NCBI GenBank assembly: GCA_951406725.2
Contig: OX597821.1
Coordinates: 50,778,001-50,842,000, forward strand
Direction: 5' to 3'
DNA length: 64,000 bases
From: Octopus vulgaris
Taxonomy: Eukaryota
The notes below the pieces were generated by a model that worked only from the letters and a program-made list of their open reading frames with translations, ran no database searches and was not told the DNA's origin. The translations under genes were made by a program, and so were the position numbers. This document shows positions 13,271-25,102 of the stretch, piece by piece (the first letter of the stretch is position 1; every line of letters starts with the position of its first letter).

Positions 13271-14122
13271 TCTGTTAACAGATCTAACAAATATGCATCA
13301 AATCATACACTAGATTGGATAAGTTATAAATAATAAAATGTAACGAATAATATCTTTGATCACAGGTTAGCTTGATTAAGTTTGACCTGGGCTTAAACAC
13401 GTAACACAACAAATATTATAAGAACATAACTGGAGTCTGAATATGCCGAGAAATGTCATGGGCTAATTTCTGGATGAGTAGAATAGAATAGCTTTAAATA
13501 GTTTTTTTTTAACATAGGTAAAAACATATTTCGGATCTTTTCGCTTTGACCGGCAGATTTTAAAAATAATTTCTTTTAAACTTCGTATACTGGTAAAATG
13601 TGTTTATAAAACATCTTTTTCTCTTGGCTTTCTTGAGAAAATTCTGTAGTTTGTAAGCTATTTCTTGTTTATTTCCTTGCATTTCGGCAAGTTCAACCAA
13701 TCGATGACGTCTATTGAGGTGAATTCAATTTCTGCCGGATCGTTGTCAACAACAATAATTTCCGGTGTCATCTTTCATAGATATTTTGGTCAATAGACAT
13801 CACCCATGCTGCAGCACCACCTTCAGCGGATTTAGTTTGTCAATTTTATATCAAATTTGTAACTCTAGCTAATGGTTGTATCTTTTTTCTCTCGGGAAAA
13901 AGAAGGGAAATGGAATGAACCAAGACGGAACATAGATACTTTTTTAATACATATAATATTTGTTCAATCCACTAACCGATTGTGCTGGCTAACACACGCA
14001 CACACGCGCACACACACATGCCTACATATATACACGCATACATACATCTGTATATATATAAGTATATACACACATATACATACATATATACATATATGAA
14101 TATAAATATATATTTATATATA

Positions 14123-14642
14123 CAGGGTTATTCAAAAAGAATGAGCCAATTTCATTACGCAATATTTTAATAAGGAAAAGCACTAAAAAACTCCAGCTAA
14201 GTCACAAGTAATTACACACAATCAACTTTTATTTCCTATTTTACAATGTTCAATGTGGCCAGTACCTGCGGTACAGTCAAAAACCTTTGCGATAAGAGAA
14301 TACCTCCAAGACGCATATCAGCATATCACGATCCACTGAGTTGATCGCTATTGTTATTCGATGTTTTAGATTAGTGGGTAGCGGTGGAACATAAACGTGA
14401 TCTTTTACATATCCCCACAAGAAAAAAAACAACAACAAAAAACACACGGTGAGGTCTGTGAGGAATTCTCTTATTGCATTGATGTTGCCCGTGCTGCAGG
14501 TGGTAACTACATTGAACACTTGTAAGACAGGAAATAAAAGCTTATTGTGAATAAATACTTGTGACTTAGCTTGAGTTTTCTATTGCTTTTCCTTAATAAA
14601 ATGTCGCATAATGAAATCAGTCCGTTCTTTTTGAATAACCCT

Positions 14643-14643
<1 letters not shown>
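14123..14643. mobile_element. Mariner-derived MITE with ~150-bp TIRs
   Basis: TA|CAGGGTTATTCAAAAAGAA ... TTCTTTTTGAATAACCCTA|TA; internal transposase C-terminal remnant FFLWGYVKDHVYVPPLP (ORF 14277..14519). Confidence 0.88.
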
Positions 14644-14695
<52 letters not shown>

Positions 14696-14950
14696 AATAT
14701 ATATGCATGTGTGTGTATAGATATATATGTGTGTATGTATAGATATATATGTGTATGTATATATATATATGTATATATATGTATGTATATATATATATGT
14801 GTATATGTGTATATATGTATGTATGTATATATATGTATATATATATATATATATATGCGTGTGTGTATATATATGTATATATATGCGTGTATGTATGTAA
14901 GTATATATATATATATACGTGTATATATACATATATATATATATATATAA

Positions 14951-15049
<99 letters not shown>

Positions 15050-15060
15050 TATATACACAC
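14644..15060. repeat. Compound (TA)n/(TATG)n microsatellite
   Basis: Low-complexity tandem repeats. Confidence 0.95.
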
Positions 15061-15242
15061 ACAGCAATCCCTCACCATATTTTCTGGTTCACCTATCGCG
15101 GTTTATTATTTAAGCGTACGTCGATTCCTCTCTGGTGTTGTTTTGCATGTATAATAAAATTAGTATATACAAAATTATAATATTTGGGGTTTTGGAACAT
15201 AACACTCCCGATAGTCGAGGGATCACTGCATAACTGCATATA

Positions 15243-15962
15243 AAATTAATAAAAACAGCTCTCTGCAACTTCATACTGTAAAAGAAAATTATAGTCGTCA
15301 ACCGAAGTTGAATAGGGGTGTGAATAACACCTACATTGCTAGAAATAGGTGCTAAAATGCTCGAAATGTTGTTACAAAGCACATAACATATATTCTGATA
15401 GAGGCTGCAATCGCCCCGAACACCGAACCGAGGATTCCACTGACTGACCGGCCTCACTAATATTGGCAACAGAAATTGCCGAAACTGGCTGGTCAATCTG
15501 AGAATTCCTCGGTACGGTGTTCGGGGCGATTGCAGCCCCCATCACAGTATATGTAAGAGCTTTGTAACAGCATTGGAATATTTTAGCTGTTATTTCTAGC
15601 AATGTAGGTGTTATCCACACCCTTAATCAAATTTAGTTGACGACTATAATTTTCCATTATGGTATAACGTTGCGAACAGCTGTTTTTATTAATTTCTTTT
15701 TGTATACATTAGCGACCTGCTAATTCATCCATAGGTTTTTATGGTGTATATATATACTCGGATAGGCATGCTAGCCCGGAATCAACCGAACGAGGTGGCC
15801 TTACTGAGGATGACAACGGAAATTGCCAAAACTGGCCGGTCAGTCTAAGGAATCCTCGGTTCGGTGTTCGGGGTGCAGCTCCTATCAGAGTATATGTTAT
15901 GAGCTTTGTAATAGCAATGGAACATTTTAGCTCCTATTTCTAACAATATAGATGTTATTCAC
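15243..15962. repeat. Fold-back repeat (~210-bp inverted arms) plus a third partial direct copy
   Basis: 15243-15450 inverted against 15488-15695; 15810-15962 repeats ~15465-15620. Confidence 0.85.
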
Positions 15963-15969
15963 GCACGCA

Positions 15970-16015
<46 letters not shown>

Positions 16016-17114
16016 ACACACACACATACACATATATATATCTGTGTGTGTGATTTGGTATTATATTTTATGTATTTTGGTATGGCTAAAGGACTTCTGC
16101 TCGATCAGGTTTGTTCTGAATCTAACCGGTGACAAGACGCCATTATCATTCTGAATTTGTGGTCTTCTACCTGCTTTAGGAATTTTATCCGAAAAGTTGA
16201 GTGTAATAGTGCTATTGGTAAACTGAAGTTGGCATTTATTTTGGCTTCTTAAGTATGAAACATTTTAATGGCACAGTTACGACCAGTACTATAACGTCAA
16301 ATTGTTCTTTGGTCTTGTTAGCTAAAAATGTACGACATTTAAGCTTAAAACCATAAAACGAAATAAGTAACTTGACAAAGCATAAGTACCAAATCCTAGA
16401 ATAGAATATTAATACTGGAGAGCAACATAAGTGAGTGTTTATGCGTATTTCATTATACTTGAGAAGGCATAGCACAAATCTCTTATTACACGCTTCCGCC
16501 ATCACAATGAGGTTAATGTCCTGTACATATGCAAAAATGTTTATTGTTAAACCAATGAAATGAACACAACGTTCAGAGTAGGCGTGGCTGTGTGGTTAAA
16601 ATTAGATTCATAACCTCCTGGTTTCAGGATCGATCATAATGCACGGTGTTTTTCACAAATGTCCTTCTACTGCAGTATTCAGAGCATCAGCACCTTGTGG
16701 GACACGGAAACTGTGCGGCAATCAATCGTATATTAATTGTGTTAATTAACAAGTAGCTTATTCCTAGTTTAGTTGTCTGTTTATTGCATCAAATAGCTGA
16801 AGCATTTCAGATGTTAGCGAGAAAACCACTTTCATTTCACACGCTGCACGTATGCAAGGACGATAAATAACCTCATAAATAGACTCATATTCAATAGGGA
16901 AAGAAGCGTATAATTCTGAGCCGTCATAAAGATTCTGCAATATAGTTAAATATGAAATTTGAGTGAATAGTTATACGCACGTACGTATGTTTGAAGGATA
17001 GTCCATCTGATGAAGAGTGTATACTTACATTTATGACATTCCTCTTTCCCCCCCTCTCTCTATCTCACTCTCTCTTCCTAGATATGAAAGTGCTATTCGG
17101 TTACAGTATGGGAT

Positions 17115-17186
<72 letters not shown>

Positions 17187-17274
17187 GTCTACTAGTAATA
17201 TTTGGCACAAAACTAAAATTGTGACCAGTTATATACATTAACCAGTAATGTATTGCTTGATAACGATGATATTG

Positions 17275-17337
<63 letters not shown>

Positions 17338-17565
17338 TAAGCAACATGGATATCCAGAGGTAATGCAGTACGATTGTTTCATGCGATTCCATTTAATTGA
17401 ACAATGCAAGCATTGCATCAATTTAAAATGTAGAGCAATCTTCAGCTGCATAAAAATATAGAATTTAGTTAAATTCGAAGCATTCATTTGTATAATTTTC
17501 TTTTTATCCAAAATCACAAAGAGGATAATTAGATAGACAAAGAACATGTCCTATCAACAATATCA

Positions 17566-17613
<48 letters not shown>

Positions 17614-17798
17614 CTCAGTATGCGGTACCGACTAATTGAGATACATTTTTATTTCTCTCTCTTCACCTTTCTCTCGTCGTCTATACTATCAGTAGGAGAA
17701 CGTATTCACGAAATAAATTTCCGTCTATTTTCCTGAGCGTAAGCTTAATACACTCTATTGTTTCGGATTTTACCTCAACTTAGTGCTGTTACCAATTT

Positions 17799-18050
17799 AA
17801 CGAAAAAATAGAGTACAGGACATACGAAACAAGGAAAATTCCCCTTCTTCAGTCGCCTTAATTTCATCTACTCCACGTGACCTTCAAAACGTGGAGTAGA
17901 TGAAATTAAGGCGACTGAAGAAGGGGAATTTTCCTTGTTTTGTATGTCCTGTACTTTATTTTTTCGTTGTTTTAAAAGAATGTCCATTTCCTTGGTTTTG
18001 TGTTTATGTTTTCGTTTCTCATTGTGTTCGACGTTTTTTTGGTGTCCTGC
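17799..18050. mobile_element. Penelope-like terminal-repeat remnant with 80-bp inverted repeat
   Basis: Arms 17799-17878 and 17889-17968 (2 mismatches), 10-nt spacer at CCTTCAAAACGT (decayed CGAAACGT); family assignment is inferred. Confidence 0.6.
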
Positions 18051-18184
18051 ACCCATATATGCATGTATATATACATGTAGAGGTAGGTACGTACATATAT
18101 ATATGTATATATGCATATGTTTTATTTATTTATTAATTTATTATATGACAGAACGCACGCATCCCTTTCTAAGTAAGATTGTTC

Positions 18185-18219
<35 letters not shown>

Positions 18220-18221
18220 TC

Positions 18222-18412
18222 TCCTTTGTTCCTTTCCGAGCCACGCCTGGCTCATAGTGCCAGTTTCCCGGTTTCCTTGGCATATAGGTTCTCCACCTGG
18301 ACGGGACGCCGGTCCGTCGCAGGTGAGCTGCAAGATGCATGAAGAAAGAGTGAGAGAAAGTTGTGGCGAAAGAGTCAGCAGAAGTTCGGCATTACCTTCT
18401 GCCGGAACCGCG
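18222..18412 (-). mobile_element. Retroposon 3' fragment sharing the family C SINE tail
   Basis: CCCGGTTTCC...CCACCTGGACGGGACGCCGGTCCGTCGCAGG also present at ~43100-43156, but the upstream sequence differs. Confidence 0.65.
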
Positions 18413-19097
18413 GTGTTTGCCTATTATCAACGTGTTTGCCTATTATCAAGGTGTTTGCCTATTATCAACGTATGGCAGGCACCGCCCCTCGACGAACGAC
18501 TCTCCTTGAAACCTAGGTCCGTATGTGGCATCCACTTCTTCGGGGAATGATCTCCCTTTGCAGGCTAGAGGACGCCGTGATGGCGTCAGCCCTCCTGGTG
18601 ACGTTGATGATCGCCTGGGGCTAAATGCATCAGTAACACCCCCACCGCCCTGCCCTGTCCCTAGCCACATCCAGATGGCTAACGTCCCTTATGTTATGGA
18701 GTAGTTACTGTCTATATCTCGTTTAGAGAATTATTATTATTGCTGTCGAACGGATTTTCTACATCAGTAAATGTATTTACTGTGAAAATCTTTATATATA
18801 GCCTGCACAGAGAGTCGTTCGTCGAGGGGCGGTGCCTGCCATACGTTGATAATAGGCAAACACCTTGAAACCTAGGTCCGTATGTGGCATCCGCTTCTTC
18901 GGGGAATGATCTCCCTTTGCAGGCTAGAGGACGCCGTGATGGCGTCAGCCCTCCTAGTGACGTTGATGATCGCCTGGGGCTAAATGCATCAGTAACACCT
19001 CCACCGCCCTGCCCTGTCCCTAGCCACATCCAGATGGCTAACGTTATGTTATGGAGCAGTTACTGTCTATATCTCGTTTAGAGAATTATTATTATTG

Positions 19098-19099
<2 letters not shown>
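18413..19099 (+). mobile_element. Tandem 359-bp HHR-containing repeat (retrozyme-like or Penelope pseudo-LTR) with 5' inversion
   Basis: 18505-18744 repeated at 18864-19099; 18447-18504 is the inverted copy of 18810-18867; 19-bp triplication at 18413-18469. Confidence 0.8.
18840..18884 (+). ncRNA. Type I hammerhead ribozyme, U3-A8 core variant
   Basis: Stem I CAUACG/CGUAUG; core UUGAUAA; stem II AGG-CAAACA-CCU; GAAA; stem III AC-CUAG-GU with palindromic loop; GUC site at 18876-18878. Confidence 0.75.
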
Positions 19100-19150
<51 letters not shown>

Positions 19151-19474
19151 AGTGTGTGTGTGTATGTTTGTGTGTGAAGTTATGATAAACACAAGTTTGT
19201 ATCGTTTGTCTCCTAGATACTTTTGATCACTATATGCATTTGCAACATTTGCATTAGATATTCCAAGTGCAAGTGGATACTGAACTACAACAGATCATCA
19301 GGGGAGCACTTTATAGTTTTATGTCACACAGATCAAATGCCTTGTGCTATTAGAACAGTAGTAAGCATACCACTATACCGGCAGCAGGCTGGATGATGAT
19401 ATTCTACGCATAGTTCTAAACTCAACAGTAACGTAACAACCGTGCAGCTAACTGTAAACCCAATATTATATATA

Positions 19475-19842
19475 CAGGACGATTCAAAAATCTCCTTACA
19501 TAGGAAATTCTTTATAAAAAGAAACAGCTTATAAAGATCCTCTAGATCCCCTGATATGACCTCTCTTGATTTGTATCTTTGGGGGCATTTGAAAGACAGT
19601 GTATCGCGGAAAGATAAGACATAAAGCATTTGAAGGAACGCATCACCAACTCAGTTTGCACATGTATCACCAGATGTGCTATTACGAGTTCATAATGAGT
19701 GGGAGATAAATGTATTGCAATGTGTATTCAAAACAATGGTAACCATATAGAGTCTGTTAAATAAAAAAAACAACTGTTCTTATAAACTGTTTCTTATAAA
19801 AAGATAAATTGTCCCTAAGTATAGCGACTTTTGAATATCACC

Positions 19843-19845
<3 letters not shown>
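19475..19845 (+). mobile_element. Internally deleted mariner element
   Basis: Degenerate TIRs CAGGACGATTCAAAAATC / GACTTTTGAATATCACCCTG; RSPDMTSLDLYLWGHLKDSV remnant at ~19545-19605. Confidence 0.8.
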
Positions 19846-19898
<53 letters not shown>

Positions 19899-20371
19899 TC
19901 ATCATCATCTTCATCCAGTGTTTTAAATCCGGGTTTTGTCCCCGTTAACGGGGGTGGCCGGATCTACTTCAGTGCCATAGCAACCGATTGTGTATAGATA
20001 AATCCATAAATATATACATTTATATTTAGTATACCAATCGGTGAGTGTTACTTGTTTATAAAGGTGTTATCGTTAATGAAATAAAATGTAATATTCATCT
20101 ACTATACAATAGTAAACAGATTTATTGCTCACAAAAGATTGAGCACACGACCTTTTGTTCCCGAAACCGCCTACCATTTATGATGACTTAAGCAAATTCA
20201 AACACACACACATACACATCTATTTGCATGCGCGCCAAATAGATGTGTATGTGTGCATGTTTGAATTTATATCATATATCTATATGTGCGAGCGCGCACA
20301 CACAAATATTTGTTCAACACTTATTGAGTTGAGAACTACCGCCTTAATCAAATAATGGAATATGATAATTT

Positions 20372-20586
20372 GATTTCAAATTTTTGCACAAGATCAGCAA
20401 TTTCGGAGAAGCAGATAAGTCGATTACATCGACCCAAGTGTTTAACTGGTACTTATTTTATCGACCCAGAAAGGATGATCGGGAAAGTGAACCTGGGCAG
20501 AATTTGAACTCAGAGCATAAAAACGAATGAAATGTCACTATGCATTTTGCCCGACGGGCAAACGATTCTGCCAGCTTGCTACCTTA
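20372..20586 (-). mobile_element. SINE family A, full length and decayed
   Basis: Reverse complement of head, core and ...GTGCAAAAATTTGAAA tail. Confidence 0.82.
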
Positions 20587-20669
20587 TCTAATATATCAAT
20601 ATTACGAAGATATCGCAGTTTAGAGTAATTTTGTCATTAACCTGTAATCTCTCTATTTTTCCATTATAC

Positions 20670-20670
20670 A

Positions 20671-20756
<86 letters not shown>

Positions 20757-20786
20757 GAGAGAGAGAGAGCGAGAGAGAGAGAGAGA
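20670..20786. repeat. (GA)n microsatellite
   Basis: GA run. Confidence 0.95.
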
Positions 20787-21110
20787 GTAAAATCTATTTG
20801 ACAACGTAAATCGGCAGTCCTGATTAGGATGGTGTTACTACCTTTTTTAGCCACAGGGAAACATATTTTCCAGCTGGCTACCGACGCACGACTGTGTGCT
20901 TATACCTCGAATAAGGGAGCTAATGTCCCTACTCAGCCTTAAACGGTACTACGGACCATGGTTTCTGAGTTATTTCTCTTCATCGGCACAGGATAACCGT
21001 TGACCCGAGACGGCAGCACTAGGCCTTGTATTCTGGACGGCTGGCTGGCTGGATCCTCCAAAGAGAAAAGGAGACATTGATGATCCTTTGGAGGACATAC
21101 TTCCTCAGCT
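20787..21110 (-). mobile_element. Second, divergent HHR-containing repeat family
   Basis: Collinear conserved blocks with the 18840-19045 unit: GAAAC-N4-GUCCGUA, GGGA..UCCC hairpin, GCGUC, AGCC..GGCUAAA, AGUAACACC. Confidence 0.65.
20949..20991 (-). ncRNA. Type I hammerhead ribozyme (CCGAUGA core variant)
   Basis: Minus strand: CUGUG CCGAUGA A-GAG-AAAUAA-CUC-A GAAAC CAUG GUC CGUAG; stem I pairs with two G-U; palindromic CAUG loop. Confidence 0.68.
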
Positions 21111-21520
21111 GCGGTCACCACACAATAAAAAATCCACGGCGGAACTCGAAGTGATCCAACGAAGCTACACTAAGAAAATCGTCTCGATGCAACATGTCAG
21201 CTACTGGGAAAGACTTAAAGAATTAAAACTCTTCTCTCTGGAACGAAGGCGGGAGAGATATGCAGTGATATACATCTGGAAAATCCTAGAAGGTCTTGTA
21301 CCAAACTTTGGCATTGAAAGTTACTCAAACTGCAGAACGGGGCGCCACTGCATAGTACCTCACGGCAAGAAACATAGATAAGTGCAGCAGCACCAAACTC
21401 CCTCATTGACAAAATGCCACATATCAGAGGAGGTTCCAAATAATGGTGCAGCTCAGTCAACGGTGGTGCTCCAGCGTGACCGCAGCTTTGCAGCAAAACA
21501 TTTTGAAATTGTTCAAATAG
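21109..21520 (+). mobile_element. CR1-type LINE 3' fragment
   Basis: ELEVIQRSYTKKI...SYWERLKELKLFSLERRRERYAVIYIWKILEGLVPN; 3' tail GGTGGTGCTCCAGCGTGACCGCAGC. Confidence 0.9.
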
Positions 21521-21522
21521 TT

Positions 21523-21556
<34 letters not shown>

Positions 21557-21559
21557 ACA

Positions 21560-21626
<67 letters not shown>

Positions 21627-21629
<3 letters not shown>

Positions 21630-22040
21630 CTGGTCATGAATTTAGATAGAGTGGCCGGTACCTTCGGTACAATAAAATGGCTACCGGTTCTGGCATTTGT
21701 ATAACACTCAATGCCAAAGTTAAGTACTGGTCCTTCTAGGATTTTCCATATGTACGTTATTGCGCATCTGTCACGCCTTCGCTCCAAGTAGTAGAACTGT
21801 AGTTTTCTCAACCTATCCCTATAGCTCATCTACTGTACAATTTCAATCTTTTTCATGTAGTGACGTTGGACTGCTTCCAGCTCCGATGTAAGTTTGGCAC
21901 TATGTGGTAACCATAACTGGTAACAGTAGTCTAGGCGGCTGAGAACAAAGGTTCTCCACAGGGTCAACATAATTTCTTGGTCTTTTGTCTTGAACGACCT
22001 CTGTATCCATTCTACCAGCTGTCTGCACTTTGCTGTCATC
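21627..22040 (-). mobile_element. CR1-type LINE fragment
   Basis: ORFs 21830..22039 (LWRTFVLSRLDYCYQLW) and 21626..21829 (SYRDRLRKLQFYYLERRRDR). Confidence 0.9.
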
Positions 22041-22044
22041 TTGC

Positions 22045-22385
22045 TTAACTTCCGCTTTCCATGTTGGCATGGGTTGGACGGTTTGACTTAGGACTGCTGA
22101 GCTAGAAGTTTGCACCAGACTCCAATCTGATCTGGCAAAGTTTCTACCGCTGGATGCCCTTCATAACGCTAACCACACAGAGTGTGTAGTGGGTGCTTTT
22201 AGGTGCCACCGGCACATGTGCCAGTGAGGCGACGCTGGCAACGATCACGCTCGAATGGTGCTTTTTACGTGCCACCGGAACGGGAGACAGTCAGCGGCCC
22301 TGGCAACGATCGCGCTCAGATGGTGCTTTTAACGTTCCACTGGCACGAATGCCAATCAGGCAGTACTGTCATCGGCACGTCAGCA
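22045..22385 (-). mobile_element. SINE family D with RTE-type tail and internal tandem units
   Basis: CCGCTTTCCATGTTGGCATGGGTTGGACGG and GCTGGATGCCCTTC..AACGC tail motifs; three GGTGCTTTT...CCAC(C/T)GG units. Confidence 0.7.
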
Positions 22386-22453
22386 ATATATATATAAAAT
22401 ATATTTATATATATATATAATATATATTTATATAATATATATTTATATATATA

Positions 22454-22959
22454 CTAGCAGTATCGCCCGGCGTTGCTCGGGTTTGTAAGGGAAATAACTA
22501 TATAAGCATTTTTAGAGAGTTACTTCCCTTATAAATTCGGGCTTTCTTAGCCATTTTTGTTTTGGTGTCTTCAAGCCATGAAGTCGTTGTTCTAAAAGAA
22601 CGCTGGTTTCCTTCACAACGCATTACGACGTTGATTTCTTTACACTCCCTTCCCCACAGCTTCACGAGGGAGGGAAGGGGGAGAAGCAAACAGGTGCAGC
22701 TGTGAGCGTGGACGCCAACTCCGCCGCCATCGACATACGATGCATTTTATGCATTAAAATGGAATAAAAAATGATGTTAAATTATTTTTAAAATCGTAGA
22801 CTCATCGTTGACGCGCGCTAATAGTCAGACGGGCTCGATATGAATCACGACTATAAGATACCCGAATTTGGTTAAACTGCACCGCAAAATGTGGGAGGAG
22901 TTAGGAATCTAAATCGAAGGGGACAGACACTCACACAACTAGAGTTTTATATATATAGA
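22454..22959 (-). mobile_element. Non-autonomous Helitron
   Basis: Minus strand A|TC 5' end, 3' hairpin CCCGAGCAACGCCGGG followed by GATACTGCTAG|T; inserted between A and T, no TSD. Confidence 0.85.
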
Positions 22960-22961
22960 TA

Positions 22962-23172
22962 TTCTCTTTTACTTGTTTCAGTCATTTGACTGCGGCCATG
23001 CTGGTGCCCCTCCTTTAATCGAGCAACTCGACACCGGGGCTTATTCTTTTGTAAGCCCAGTACTTATTCTATCGGTCTCTTTTGCCGAACCGCTAAGTAA
23101 CGGGGACATATACACACCAGCATCAGTTGTCAAGTAATGCTAGGGGGACAAACACAGACACACAAACACACA

Positions 23173-23226
<54 letters not shown>

Positions 23227-23238
23227 TACGACGGGCTT
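22962..23238 (-). mobile_element. SINE family B, 3' part
   Basis: CTCTTTTACTTGTTTCAGTCATTTGACTGCGGCCATGCTGG...TACGACGGGCTT. Confidence 0.88.
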
Positions 23239-23990
<752 letters not shown>

Positions 23991-24216
23991 TTCATCTGTC
24001 TGTCTGTTAAAAATGGGGATGGTTTATGGGATTATCTTACATTTCCTGTCCATAAGGGGTTTAACTTTATGGCGTATCATATATACATGTGTACATTAAA
24101 GCTGCAAAGTGAATGGGTTGGTGGTAGATATAGGATCTTAGCAAGGAATCTTTGAAAACGTGTTAATCAAAGAAAATATTTAGTATAAAAACATTTTGCT
24201 ACGCATTGCTTTATAA

Positions 24217-24475
24217 CAAGTGTTTCTCAACAGGGTTCCACATGACGTTTAGGGCTCCACATAAAATTTAGTTGTTAAAATTTATGTATAATAAATTGGT
24301 CATAATTCAACAATGCATAAAATATTTTAACAATTTTTTCAAATTCAATTCTTAATTACACTTAATCATAAAAATAGAATAGGATTTAAAAAAAAAACAT
24401 TGAATGGGTACGAGGGTCAGTAGATTAAAATAGGAATGAAAGGGGTCCATATGCAAAACTGTTAGATAACAACGC
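24217..24475 (+). mobile_element. hAT (Charlie-like) MITE, decayed
   Basis: CAAGTGTTTCTCAAC left terminus, GGGGTCC subterminal motifs, degenerate right end GTTAGATAACAACG; inverted partial copy at 28001-28114. Confidence 0.55.
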
Positions 24476-24901
24476 CTGATAAATTAATCGGACATGTATT
24501 AAACAAGATAAGGTATGTAGAGTTATCTCCCATCGTTTAGCCACACAGGAAGTGTAGTTGTTTCAAGCATATATATATATATATGTTTACTGTACAGGTA
24601 GAAAACATGTAGATTGGTAAGTTTTATGTATCTAATGAGCAAATGTAGTTAGCAAAACAGGTAGATATGTCAAGTGAGTAACTGCAGACGTTAAATATTT
24701 TCAAGTTTCACCATGTTTAATCGTGTCGGCATTCATACTTCTTCCTACTTACAAGTATGTATGTATGTATGTATGTATGTATGTATGTATGTATGTATGT
24801 ATGTATGTATATTTGTATGTATGTATGCATGTATGTATGTATGCATGTATATATGCACGTATGCATGTATATACGTATGCATGTATATATGTATGTATGA
24901 A

Positions 24902-25102
24902 GGCGGCGAGCTGGCAGAAACGTTAGCGCGCCGGGCGAAATGCGTAGTCGTATTTCGTCTGTCGTTACGTTCCGAGTTCAAATTCCGCCGAGGTCGACTT
25001 TGCCTTTCATCCTCTTGGGGGGTCGATAAATTAAGTACCAGTTACGCACTAGGGTCGATGTAATCGACTTAATCCCTTTGCCTGTCCTTTTTTGTCCCCT
25101 GT
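24902..25102 (+). mobile_element. SINE family A in (TATG)n
   Basis: GGCGGCGAGCTGGCAGAAACGTTAGC...GAGTTCAAATTCC head and core. Confidence 0.92.

Noticed and set aside
13528-13790. Possible DNA transposon end (GGATCTTTTCGCTTTGACCGGCAG)
   Set aside because: No matching second TIR in the window.
14507-15180. Many long ORFs rich in [12 protein letters not shown] or poly-I (here and throughout the window)
   Set aside because: Translations of stop-free microsatellites, not genes.
18413-18469. Short direct repeats resembling CRISPR
   Set aside because: Contiguous 19-bp units with no spacers, in a eukaryotic context.
18870-19045. HDV-like or twister ribozyme (GGCAUCC...GAUGGCUAA; GUCCCUAGCC)
   Set aside because: P3/L3/P1.1 and the twister pseudoknot partners could not be formed; the hammerhead fold explains the upstream sequence better.
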